Made by a program: the position numbers and the translations under genes. Source: Klebsormidium nitens (taxonomy: Eukaryota > Plantae > Klebsormidiophyceae). Taken from it: DNA of 64,000 nt. The notes beneath the pieces were generated by a model, which made no database searches, was not told the DNA's origin, and saw nothing but the letters and a program-made list of their open reading frames with translations. How positions within the stretch are numbered: the stretch's first letter is position 1; every line of letters begins with the position of its first letter. The stretch spans positions 4,104-68,103 of the forward strand of contig DF237453.1 in NCBI GenBank assembly GCA_000708835.1, written 5' to 3'. Of this stretch, positions 36,758-49,049 are shown piece after piece.

Positions 36758-39700
36758 GCCGCCCTAGAGGCGCGCCCCCGATGGGCGCACTGGGACGAGA
36801 GCCTCCGTTCGGACGTGCACTTCCGGAGCTTCGCCACTAAGGAGGCGACACGTGGCAGCATCAAGTGGCCCCCGCAATGGAACAGCTCTCCCATCGTCGA
36901 CCCGCAGGGCCCTTTAGCGGGGGTCAGGGAACGGGCGAGATCGGCCCCCCCGGAACGGAACAGGGAACGAGGGGAACGAAAAGCAGAGAGGGGATCCGTG
37001 GTGCCTAGGTGGGTGATTGATGCGAAAATCACAAACCCAGATTGTCACAGCCATAAGTGGAGCTAATAGATGCTCCGCTTGTGAGCAAGCGCTAGACTCG
37101 CCAATACAATAATCACGGACGGCTTCGATGAGGACGCAACGTTAGGCACGATGCTGCTCAAGCATGATGGAGGTTCTACAGCTATCAGTCGTGGCAGGTT
37201 TCGTACTTCGTGACGTGACGTGACGTGACGTGACGTGACATGGAGAACGCCGAAGAGTCTTTACATGATTAAAGTCGCTCAAAAAGTGGAAGTTAGTCTA
37301 ACTTTCTCTTCAACTTACATCAAGAAGCAACAGTTCCAATCCTGCAATCTCAAACCCTGCCCTCCGGTTCCGCAGGTGGGACAATTCCGTCGAAACCAGC
37401 ATCCGGGAGCGCACCGGAAAGGCAAAGCTCAAAGTGACCCTGCCCAAATATGCGGAGCCGTTCCGACCGAAGAGCGCGCCGCGGCCGTCGCGCACCGAGG
37501 TAAGACGCCGAGATGCTGATGTCACCTCCTTGTCACCTATATATTGGTCTTTGATGATCCTATAATCTTGAGCTTGTTTGAAGTACGCCGTTGCAGACGA
37601 TTCAGCCGTTCCGTTGGATCAAGCCGCTCTGAGTTTCGGTACCTACAGAGTGGCTGCTAACACGAAAGCGACTGTTTCATTCGCCACGATGACAGAGCTC
37701 TGTACAATTCCAAGCAGGGACACGAAACAAAAGGAAAGATGACAGCTACGGTTGGTGATCATTCGTAAAATGCATCGGATTCAGCGTACAGGAACGGAGT
37801 TCCTTTGCACACTCACTGCTCCTGTTTTCCTAAGTGTTCCAGAAGCTGCTTTCGAAACGCTCTGAAGCTCTCTCTAACCTCTTTAGTTTCCGAGCCGTCT
37901 GGTTCAACCACCCAGCACGCGACACAAGGCAGAATAGAGTTCCCGTTTCGAAGATTACGGTTTCCTTTCAAACAGCTGTACCACGACCGGCTCATTGACC
38001 AGCACTTTTCCTGACAGGTCCCCCGGTCAAAGACGCCCGTCAGCCGATCTTGGGAAGGCCCTTTCTCGTCGGAACCCGCCGCCCCTGCAGCGACCGGAAG
38101 ACACGCCCGGGCTGTCCGCACGCGGCCGCGCGCGCTCGCACCAGGGGACCTTCGCGCCTCCGCTGAGATGTTCCGTACAGTCAGACGGAGATCTCAGTCC
38201 CCAACGTTTCCTCGAGGAGGGATGCAATCGGCTGGGCATGAGAAAGAGGTGCTCGGGAGAGCAAGAAATGCGGGCTGCTCTCGACCGGTTTCTAAAGGAG
38301 GGCTACGTGCGCGCCAACAGAGTGCGAGCGCCGACCACATGCCGGACTTTGACTACGGAAAGGGGACGCGGCGCGCTGCGCGGAAAGATGACACCAGGTC
38401 TGGAAGCGAACGCGCGGGCAGGCGCAGACAAGATTCGGTGTCAACGCCGCGCGCGAGCGTCGTCCAGGACGTCGCCGCGGCCGCAGACGCGGCGCTCGCC
38501 AAAGCCCTGTCCCTCCTCCGCCAGAGCGCGCCCCCGCCCGCGGCGCTGACTAGACCGAAAACGGCGCCGCTTAACCGGACCCCAGTGATCTCCACAGACC
38601 TCGACCCGCCCACGAGTGCGAAGGTCAAAACGAGCGTTTCCTCCAGAGCCGATCGTCTCGCGGCCGCGCGGCCGCGCTCGAACTTGTCGCGGCAAGCGCT
38701 CCCGGCCGTAGACGACCCCCCGGGCACAATCGCACCCAATTCTCATTCTCACAACGAGCACGGTAGGAAGCTCCGGGCAAGCGACACCCCTTCGATGATT
38801 ACACCAAAGCCAGCGGGTCTTGTGCGGCGGGTTGTTGCGTCCACGGGCGAGGGCGCCGCTGACTGCTTCGGTTTGGACAGGGCCTCGGAGTGGACGAGCG
38901 CGGCCGCGAGCGGGAGCGCGGTGTGCCTGGTTGAGCTGGCCCGGGGGGAGACGACCGGGGTGTTTGTGAAGCTCGTGGTGACGGATCGGGAAAGGGCGCT
39001 GGGCGGGGTGCGGTTCGCGCATGCTGCGGACTTGACGGATGCCTTGGAGGAGGTAAGTAGATCAGAATTATCTCGTTAGGAGGTATATTGGACGCCTCTG
39101 TCAGTTTGAGCGGTCGAACGTGTCGAGAGAAACGGCCATACAACGTGCACGGTCGCGCGATAAAAAGAGACAAGTCTGCTTGATTGACGGGTCGGGGCTG
39201 GCCTGTTCAGTGGCCGGAATGCTTTGCAGAATACATTACGAACGGGAAGACTTTCGAAAGATCGCGAACAACCGGCTTCGCACCCAAAATGAGCACAGAA
39301 TCTGAATAACACGACCAGAATACAAGACCGTCGGTAAAGCCGGACGACCGGGTATCCAACAATGTCTGTTTTGTAATCAACTCACTCTTCAGCGTCCAGG
39401 TTGCGGAGCAGCTCTTACACAATCATGGTTCGAAGTTTCAATATATCCGTCGAACTTTCTCAGGTGGGCTACGGCGACATCCGCTTCCACGCCAAAGACA
39501 ACCCGAGCCCCGCAAACCCCGTGGTCCGAACCTTCAAACTGGGAGCCAAGACCGCGATCGGGCGTTACCTCAGCGTGACGCTATACCCACGTCACAGCTC
39601 GCTCGCGGACACTCAAAGTGACATCAGCGTCCAGAGGATCTACGTCGGACGGGGCGATCCGGCCCTGCTGTCCGAAAGCGTTCTGATGCGGAAACCGGAG

Positions 39701-40456
39701 AAGAAGCTCCGGATGGTCGGCAGCTTCCGGCACGTGTTTGTGGAGGAGACCGGCAAAGAGAATCGGGAGGAAGGGAGTCAAGGTCAGATCTCCGGTGCAG
39801 ATGTACCGGTCGCTGTTGACGGCTCGTGGAATGCACCGGTCGCTTTCGACGGCCCGGGAGATGTACCGGTCGCTTTTGACGAGTCGGTTGATAGTTTAAC
39901 ACAGGCCCAAACTGCAGAACCTGGGGCAGCGGTGGCAGGGATAGATTCTGCTCGGCAGTCCGGCTACCGAGCGTCGAACGAGTCAAACAACGGAACGTCT
40001 CTAGCCCCTGGAGAACTTTTCCGAGTAAGCGAGTTTGGCGACCGGTCTAAGCGAGCGTCCGCCGCTGACGCCTCCGGTTATAGTACCCGGCTGGTGGCGG
40101 TTAAAAATAACCCGGGGAGCGCAACCGAGCGGGTTGCATCCCCCGGGCCGGACCAGCTTGAGGAGTGGCTCGCGGGCGCTCTGCGGTTTGACAGACCGAG
40201 TTTGGAGGAACGGATGCCGGCTTATGTCCCGGTCGCTGACTCGGAGGCGGCGACGTATGAGGGGCCGAACACGGGGGATGGTCGCCTTGATGAGGAGGAA
40301 GCGGGGGAGGAGATTGTGGAAGAAGAAGTTCGGAGCCAAGATGAGTCTCAAAAGTTGGACGAAGAATGGAACGATATCCTAACTGGTGAAGCATTGGATG
40401 ATCCAGCCGCTGGAGCTGGAATAAGTGACCGCGCTGACGGAGTAGATGAATGCTGA
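36758..40456 (+). CDS. Unknown Arg/Pro/Ser-rich protein with a predicted galactose-binding-like (discoidin-type) jelly-roll domain; 5' end uncertain
   Basis: Phase-compatible exons 36758-37008, 37376-37499, 38018-39052, 39464-40456 (801 codons). Globular segment DCFGLDRASEWTS...VRTFKLGAKTAIGRYLSVTLYP...ISVQRIYVG across the last intron. Tentative upstream exons 34399-34441 and 35755-35825 are phase-compatible but use a weak donor. Confidence 0.7.
37209..37238. repeat. (CGTGA)6 microsatellite
   Basis: Six perfect copies inside the intron 37009-37375. Confidence 0.9.
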
Positions 40457-42101
40457 TTTTGCCCCTATTAAGGGAGAACAGCTAGTGTAGAAAAATATGC
40501 AATAAAACCTTTCGTCAAGGAGAATATACAACGCAGCATGGTCAAAAGAAATTATTAGAAAGGTTCCTTGCGATGTTAGGGATCAAAATTAATATATCCT
40601 TTGAGGATGATGTAGTTCCGGGTTGAAGCAGTAACGTGCAGAGGACTAACGATGCGTGTCACTGACAAGATTGATTGTCAAATATTCTTTGCGGTAACTT
40701 TATCGCCGGGAGTTGATCTGGAATGATTACTGCATGTGATTGGACGCCTGGCATTGACAGAAGGCGCACTGATGCTATGAGTGCCCTGCGAACGTCAACA
40801 CGTGCTGAACTTATATTAGACACTTAATTCAATTTTCAATATGCAGAACACCAAGGTGAATCGCAAGTTATTCCGGCAAATCAGGACTTTCGCATGCATG
40901 TTGCTGAACGGAAACGTCTTTGACTCTGAACCACAGGACAGGTATTTTCTTGAGAATTGATCAAGGATTCTGAAAGGCCAATCAGGCAACAATTTAGACT
41001 CCATCTATGGAAGTCATGTTGGTCCTTATAGTGTACTTTTTGTCATCTTGAGCTTCGCGTCAAATTCCTATCATCTGACACGTCCAAAAACAGAAGCTCT
41101 CATGTAACTTGCCTCGTAGCATTCTCTCGTAAGTAGGGCTGCTCGGATTGGGGTATGTCTGACAATTGCCTATTGGTTGCACCGAAGCACGTATATATTG
41201 GTTGAAGTTTCCTATTCTCTTCCGGTTCCGAAAGCAGTGACTGCTTGAACTTCTGAAGGGGTTCAATTCTTCACACCACTTTGAAGTGTCTCTTCTCTGG
41301 GGTGACGTCAATCGTGCACACCTGTTGAGAGGCTTTCTTGGTCAGCCGTTCAGGCCACTGGACTTAGAAGCGGAATCCACGGTTTTGGGTCGGCGCTTTT
41401 TTGACAGGCTACATGGTTGATTTTACTTGCTGTCTTCAACCGGATGCAGTTGAGGCGAACCTTTGCCTACTATAAGTTTCCTGCGCAGGCCAGGCTCATG
41501 AACGTGGCCTCTGAGTTGAAAATTATCTCACACGTTCTTCGAAGAACTTGAGCACGTGTTGAACAGGTCAAAGCACATCCATTTTATTCATTGAGACCGT
41601 ATTCGTATGGCCTTCCACATCCTTGACAACGTGGGTACAGATCAGCAGCTGGATTGATCCACACATCATGTAGGGCACGTAGGAACTGTTGCAGTTGCCC
41701 AATGCGCAAGTACGTAAAGGAATTTGCAACGTCAGCACAGAACGTACATATCATCATCATACGCTGCTCCATGCATCCGCGCCCCTCGATGTCGCACACC
41801 GCGCGCGCGTTCGTCCACCACATATGTCCCTAAACGTGGCGGCCGCCAGGCTGCGGCGTCGCTGGCGGCCGCGGCGGCTGTTTCTGCTCGAGCTTAGGAT
41901 CCACAGATACTGATTTACAGATGCCAAAGATTCAAGAAGATCAGGATTGGCTGCTGAAAGGAGCGCAATACCTGCAGTGTCCTTCTCCAATTAGGGCTCA
42001 TTATCTGAACTGCTGATGATCCCTCATGGTGCTTGAGCTTTATTCCGCAGGGGCATCTTGTTCAGACAGAAAGCTCTTAGAATGATTGGGAAGAAGTCGT
42101 C

Positions 42102-45100
42102 ATGGCCGCTACCTTGCAATCCTTTGTTAGGACTGTCGAAGGGAAGACAAGGGTCCTGCGTATGGATCCGTCCGCCTCAATTAAAGAAGTACTAGTTGAA
42201 AGCGCAGTTGACTGGGGCCCTCTGGGAGACTTCCTTCTAGACAACGTTTACGTCACGCATCACGGGCGACGGTTAGACTCTTGTTCAACACTGGAGGAGT
42301 CAGAAGTGGGCAACCTGGACGTCCTGCAGCTAAGGGGTCGACTGAAGAGCACTTACTGTCCTCAAGCTCACAGTCTAGTGTATGAGTTTTGCTTCCTTGC
42401 TTGGCAGCTCCAGCATTCAGGACTTGGGGAAGTTGCCTTGCAAAACTACTTGGATGAATTCAAGAGCCTTAGCACAGCTTTGATGTGCTGCATCCAGGGC
42501 CGCGATCCAGTCAAGGCTGGTTATCTGGCCCGCCTGTTCCTTGCTACCGATTGTGTAAGGTACATCGTGACGATGCTTTTAGGACCTTCTGCAAACTCGT
42601 TCAGGTGAGCGTATGTAGTTTGATGCAGACAAAATAGCTCAGCTAGGGTTGCTGAGAGGATGTTTGCAACTTTTTGTTAGCTAGCTGCTATATAGCTTTG
42701 CAGCAGCTACCGTGTATTCTGTTCAGGGATGTGCCTGGAGAGCCTCCCTAATCTTCGTCTCACTACCTCTTTCCGTACAAGCACAGGGATTGCAGATCTT
42801 GGTTACAAGGTTTGGTCCATTTCCTCGTCTTCTCATCTATTCTGGATTGGTTTTGAGATACATCAGAGTACCCCCAGTAACAATCTTATCTTTCAAATTG
42901 CAGTACAAGGGCATCAGAACATTTCATCGTGCGCTTCGCCAAATACTGCAACCCGGATGCAAGGCCGTCCGGTCTCAAACACGTGGTGCAAATTTTCTGG
43001 AGTCTCCTTCGTGACCTATTCACCAGCCCTTTCTTGGAGGCTGCTCTTCCTCGAGTCCGTGCCTTCCTCCAACAAAGTCAGGAGATACTCTCAGCGGCCA
43101 TGAGCGTCGCACTCTGTGCAAAACAGCTGGACCTCCTTCTTCGAGATCCGACCATTAGAAAAGAATTTCGCCGCCCGGCAACTTTGTTCCTTGATCTAGC
43201 TCTATCAGTCCGGAAGCGCTCTCTGCAGTGGGTCTGGGAACTCCGGTCTCGTGGGTATGATCAGACGACAGAAAGAGAGTCCTGGCTGACAGGTGAATAC
43301 TTCACATCGGGTCTCAGTATCTGCTGCAAATATCTCAGGTCCCAAGCTGAATACAAGCGCAAAGTCGTCCGCATGGAGCTTCTGTCGAGCTTGCTCTTTG
43401 CCTCGCCCTCCTCCGGACCTACTGCGCAGATCCTGTACGGAAACCTCGAAGAGGCGATCAACGGAGTTCTTGATGAACTCGGAAAGCTGCCTCTTCCAAC
43501 TGATGCTCGAAAGCAAGGCACGCAGCTTGTCTCGGCTCTGCTCCAGGGACTGCGCACGATAGCCAATACGGATGCCAGTCTCAAAATTCGTTTCTCCGCT
43601 CTCCTCCGCGTCCGAATCTTCCCAATCGTATCTCTTGTGTTGGAAGAAATGAAGGATCTTGCGTCCTCTGGAGGATCGTCTCCCTGCTACCTGCGATGGT
43701 TCTGGTCCTTAGAAGAGAGCGCAGAGCTTCTTGACCCCAAATGGAAGCAGGAATGGATCCGCTACTGCTTCCGTAGCCGCGAAGAAGACAACGGTACCCA
43801 ACATGAGGTCGTCATCCAGAGAGGCACGAACCTGCTGACTCAAGCCGTCGAAAACTTAGGGTCCGCCTCCTGGAAGTCTCTCATGCGGCCGCTTGCTGTG
43901 ACCTTCGAGGGAGAAGAGGGGAAGGGGCCAGGTCTCTTACGGGAGTTCTTTACCCTGGTAAGACAAACCCTGACAACTTGCCAGTTCAGATCTACTATGA
44001 ATCACATCGGGTGAAAGAGAACTCTCGCAAAGTTTTAGGTTACAGGAATGAAGACACTCCCAAGAATGAAATGTGATTTTCCATAATAACGGAAGGATTG
44101 AGAGCGGGTGTAAATTCCATCTCTGTTGAACTTCAGGTTGCATACCTCTCTCTTGATTGGAAAAAGCAGGTTAACACAACAATGCATGCACGCTTTGCGA
44201 CTAATCCGCTTTTGGTGTTGCTCTGGAGTAGTTAGCGAAGTTCTGAACCTCTGAGGATCACCGTTGGGAAAGAGCAAGCATAGAAGGATTCCTGATACTA
44301 GCATGTCGCTTTCTGCCAGGTCACGCGGCAGCTCTTTGACCCTGCGTGTGCGCTGTTCGTCGCGACCGGTCCCGACAAGCGGTGCTTCTTTCTCAACCAC
44401 GCCTCTAGCATCAATCCCGGCCATCTAGCTTACTTTAGGTTCTGCGGCCGCTTTGTCGCACTCGCGCTGTCCGGGGGGGTCGTTTTGGGAGTTCGCTTCA
44501 CTTGCGGACTGTTTGATCTGCTCAAGAAGGCAGACGCAAGCTACGTTTGGAACATCGAAGCGGCTCTGAAGACAGCGGAGGATCTTGATCCGGTTCTATT
44601 TGACAGCTGCAAGAAGCTGCTGGCAATGAGTGCGCAAGAAGTAAGTTCGCACTTTCGAAAGTCCCGGTTCCTCCCTTCATTGAGTTCCTGTATGACATTT
44701 GAAGCAAATCAGGGGTAGTCGTATCTTGAATGGATGTATATTGGGTACAAGTACAAACTGAAAACATCTTCAAAATCCTCAAACAGCTTGATCTGCATCA
44801 AACGAGTTAGAAGATTCGTCGAAACGGAGGATAAGCAAGAAGTTTTTGCCCCATGTCTGCACCCTACTTTTCCTCTGCCATCTGACTTTTGCCCGCCTTC
44901 TACCATTTCAGCAGGGAAGAGAATCACAAGCTACCTTCTTTGCAACCACGCCTAACGGCTTTCCTACGTCTGAAAGTGATCAATCACCAACCTACAAGCG
45001 TTCTGCCTTCTCTACAGTTGAAGGAGGCCTCTTTACCGTTCGTGTGCACGGAACCCGACGGCTTCGGCGGATCCAATGAAACGCCCTTGATCCACACAGA

Positions 45101-45938
45101 TGGGGATCGTTTCGTAACGACAGCGAACCGGGAGTTCTTCGTTTGCGAAAAGATTCGGCGCCAGCTGCTAAAGCCCGTTATGAAACAAGCAGCAGCGCTC
45201 AAGGAGGGGCTCTCGTATCTGCTACGGCCCGGAATTGAGCTGTCCGAACTCCTCGGACCTTTGGGGCGGCAGGTACGGATCTTACGTCTTGCTGTTTCCG
45301 CTATGTCCAGTCCTCCCGTCTGTATCGGAGGCACAATGCACGTTTGGTACTGTTAGCAGATCTGATTCAGGAACCTAAGTTCCTCTGATAATCCTAATGC
45401 TGCTTCCTCAATCTAGAGCATTTTCGAAGGCTCACAATTCTCCTCTCCTTGTTTTCTTCGAGTACGGTTGAAGTCGTCTTGATCCGAATTTTGTATGACT
45501 AGTCTCTTTAACCAGCCGGGGCATTGACTATGGAATTCATTTCTCGTTCGGCTCCAGTACTTTGACCAACTGCTTCTCGGCCAACCGGAAGACCTCTCCA
45601 TCGTGGACTGGAAGGCCCACACAGTCTACCACGGCTACGGCGCCAAGTCAAAGGTCATCAAAAGGTTCTGGAAGGTCGTGGAGGGCCTCTCGGACGATCA
45701 GCGGCGACGCCTCCTCTTTTTCGCCACTGCTGTGAAGTCGCTCCCGCTCGCCGGTTTTGCCGGCTTACAGTCCCGATTTCACATCCACAAAGCCGATTGC
45801 GCGTTGAACAGGTTGCCCACCGCGCACACGTGCTTCTTTCAGCTTGTCCTTCCGGCGTACGATTCCTGGAAAGCTATGCGACGGAGTCTGCTGACTATCG
45901 CGCAGGAGGAGGTTTCGCAAGGTTACGGGATGATTTGA
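42102..45938 (+). CDS. UPL5: HECT E3 ubiquitin ligase with N-terminal ubiquitin-like domain (UPL5-type), 837 aa
   Basis: Exons 42102-42604, 42904-43957, 44320-44640, 45018-45272, 45558-45938, all GT-AG and in phase (2514 nt). UBL: LQSFVRTVEGKT...RRLDSCSTLEE...LQLRG. HECT: VTFEGEEGKGPGLLREFF, YFRFCGRFVALAL, RRLLFFAT, catalytic LPTAHTCFFQLVLP. Confidence 0.93.
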
Positions 45939-46521
45939 ATGCAGACGTCGCCTTTTGAAAGTTCGTCATAAAGAATTTGGACAAGATTCTCAAGGTTGGT
46001 CAAGTAAATAGCTTCCAGGATTGGCAGTCTGACTGGCTCTCTCCGCAAACTCTGCCGCGACTTTTCTTGAGAAATACGAACTGCCTTGCAATAATTGAAC
46101 TTACTTTTAAAGCCAATCCTGAGGGTTGCCATCTCGCTTAAAGGGTCGATTGGTTCCGACCCTAGCTAGCGCTCTCCCTGTCTTTTTAGTCCGTTCAATT
46201 CCATCCATGATTTTAGAACTATCACGTGACCCTACTTAGAACATGGCCCGCCGCGCTGGTCGTCAATGTCACTTGGGCCGGGACGCGCAGCTGTCCGTAG
46301 TGCATTTTTCGATTCAATACTCTACCATGCAGTGCACCATGCATGCATGAAAACCCCCGGATTCTGAAAGGGTCGATTGGAAACAGTACAATTATGCACA
46401 GTGCGTGTCAGACGTGTCTTTCTGGTGAGAAGATCCCTGTCGGACGTTCAAGCGACTGGTCTTACAGATCGAAGTGACTCTTTTGGTCGTCATTGTCATC
46501 ACAAAACAACCCCCCCTCAAC

Positions 46522-46858
46522 TTCCATATGGAATGCATACGAACTTCAAGCCGGTAGAATCTCGTACGAGCGCCGCATGGAAATTTCAATCGGCGTCCAT
46601 GTGAGTGCGGCATGGAGATCAGACATTCGGTTTCCATGCGGTTTCCGACCAAGAACTCGCTTGGAAACCGGACGAAACATTCATATGAACACCGATCGGG
46701 AATCCATATGGAAATCATGTTTGGAAACCATGCGGAAATTGTACGAGGGTGGCGCTTGTGAACATCATGCGGAATCGGTACAGAACTCGACTCCGGAAAC
46801 TGCGGCCTATTTACATGATATCCAAGCTTGTGGTTACCGTATGATATCCATGCGGAAT
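46522..46858. repeat. Cluster of CCAT(G/A)(C/T)GGAA-like motifs in both orientations
   Basis: Copies at about 46522, 46573 (reverse), 46632, 46704, 46728, 46766, 46848. Confidence 0.7.
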
Positions 46859-47043
46859 CTTATCTTAGGGCTGGATATTTGACCTGCCATCCATGGATAC
46901 GGGAAGGCCGCAAGCCTTTGGAAAATCGAACTGCTAGTGAGTAACATACCGAATGGGCTGCCAAGGCAGTACTTCAAATGACTGACACATAAATCTTGCA
47001 TGTCAAAGCCTTTGATATCCTCAACAACACGAAATACGAATAG

Positions 47044-48486
47044 CTAAAGAACGTTTTGTAGAGCTGAGCAGGTTGATGACGTCACTGTTGGCCTGCAGGC
47101 TTGATCTCCATGCTTGGTTGGTGGCCAAGCTTGAGCGGAGGTCTGCAGGTTGTAGAAGTTGTAGCAGGGCTCCAGAGCTTGGCTGTCCCGAATGAATGGG
47201 CCTGCGACAGGGGCAAGAGGAGTGAGAATCTGTAGGCTAGGCAACAATTGCTTAGGTCTTTCGAAGCTTGCGTACTTAGACTCCAAAAAATCTCGACGGC
47301 AGCGCTTTCGAAACGCACGCTTTCACCAAACATTTTGCACTTCAAGCGACTCCAATAAAAGCCGCAAAGACAAGCAGACGCGAAATGAAAATCTGTGCTT
47401 ATAATGGTCTACAGGTGCTCTACTTTCTCGGACCAAAGTGTTGCGAGTCCTAGCCAGGATACCCGAAATGACACTGATGAGGCCACCGAGATTGGTGCGA
47501 GTGCATGCTCCAGACAGCAAAGCAAGTGCGTGCAGCTTGTAAGTCTCCTGAGGTCCAGCAAAGTACCAAGCGTCAGACCCACCTGTGGTGTCCCCAGCGT
47601 TGGCCGCGTGCTGACTAGTAGATAACCGCGCGCAACCCGCCCCCAGGACCCAATGAGGCAAAAAGCGGCGAAGTCCGTCAGCGTCGCCCGCGCCTCCGCA
47701 CCGGTGCCTGCGCGCGCGCAGCCGCCGCTCCACAAACCCGGCTCCACCCCTGCCGTAAGCGTGCTTGTCTCGACCATGCCGCGGCTGCAGAAGCTCGTCC
47801 CTGCAATCAGGAGGTTACCATATTCATTCCGGTCACTATAATGTTAGAGAGGTGTGGGCTGTCACCCTCCGAAGATCGTCAATCTGTGTGCCCCACAGGC
47901 TGCGGAAACAACCACGGCGGAAACCCCACCAAAAGCGCCGGAAGAACTTGTGCTGGGCACCGTCTCACTCAACGTTTGTTTCGACTAGGTTTAGATTTAA
48001 CGGCTGGAAGGTTTGCGAATCGACATTTCCAAAACCTAGATATGATTTTTAAGAAGCTGGATTCATTTTCAAAGACCCACTGTCCGACTAGCTCACTCGC
48101 CAGCTTGCAAACAGATTGTCACTCATAAGCACAAAACCGCATCATAACTATCCCGCAGATGAAAATGACGACGCTGTCTCTAGCTTTGTGGCGGCTCGCG
48201 TAAGGAACAAACGAGCACTCAAAAGAAAGTCTTTCTGAAAGCGGCAATCTCGTCCGACTCAGAGCAATAAAAGGCAGTGACAAATCGTCGTCTACCCACG
48301 CAAATCCTCACCGCAGCAGCGTTGGTCATACAACAGTCTCGCGAACAAGATGGACGTCTGGTCGGTGACACGTGGCCCGCCCCGGAGCTCCTCCAGTAGC
48401 GCATCCACGTGGTGGAACACTTTCGTGAAGCTTGATGCCGAACTGGAAGAAGAAGGTCTTGCTCATGCTCTTGCAGTCGTCGAGAC
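47044..48486 (-). pseudogene. Decayed multi-exon gene, copy A (unknown family)
   Basis: Exon-like blocks 48486-48312 (frameshifted: GLDDCK...FQFGIKLH/KVFHHVDALLEELRGGPRVTDQTSILFARLLYDQRCC), 47800-47583 and 47201 onward, with splice sites conserved relative to copy B. Confidence 0.5.
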
Positions 48487-49049
48487 CTGCACAATCAACG
48501 ACTGTCCTTCAACGGTTGACACACACCCTAAAACCGGCTTAGAACTGGAAAGCTGCAGGAGGTAATTCGTCGCTTGGCTTATGACATAAATACCAGTCGG
48601 TTACAGAACGGCCGGGACAGCAAGTGAGTTCTCACAGGCATACCAGAAGAAGAGAAGGTGTTGAAGGGGGCGACAACCTGTCGAGATGAGGTGCCTGAAT
48701 GGGTGTACAAGTGATAGGCTGGGCGGGTGACCCCAAGGTTCAATCAGCGCGGTGGACATCTTAGAAGGAAACGTGAACTGGGCATCATCGCTGGAGAAGA
48801 AGTTTTGAAGGCAGGCATACAATCTACGGCAAAAAATGGAGAGGTCAACGCAGATCTCCGCGGTCCCGGATTCATTGTTATCAGGAGAACTTGCCGGGTA
48901 TACTAATCAGAATTAACTTGTCAGCACTTGGTTCTGTCGAGGACTTGTATAATGGACCAGAGGGGGTGCAAGCCCAAGTGGAAACCGATATCCCCAGGAT
49001 CCGGATCAGTTGATCGGATTCTTCAAATGGCTTGTCAACTTCCACTTCT

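Noticed and set aside
38441-39022. 193-aa minus-strand ORF
   Set aside because: Antisense shadow of a GC-rich plus-strand exon.
41584-41990. Short minus-strand ORFs with a CxxC motif
   Set aside because: Lie in the promoter or 5' UTR zone of the HECT gene with no supporting exon structure.
46141-46170. Helitron 3' end (hairpin plus CTAG)
   Set aside because: CTAG lies almost directly against the hairpin rather than about 10-15 nt away, and no Rep/helicase remnants or 5' TC end were identified.
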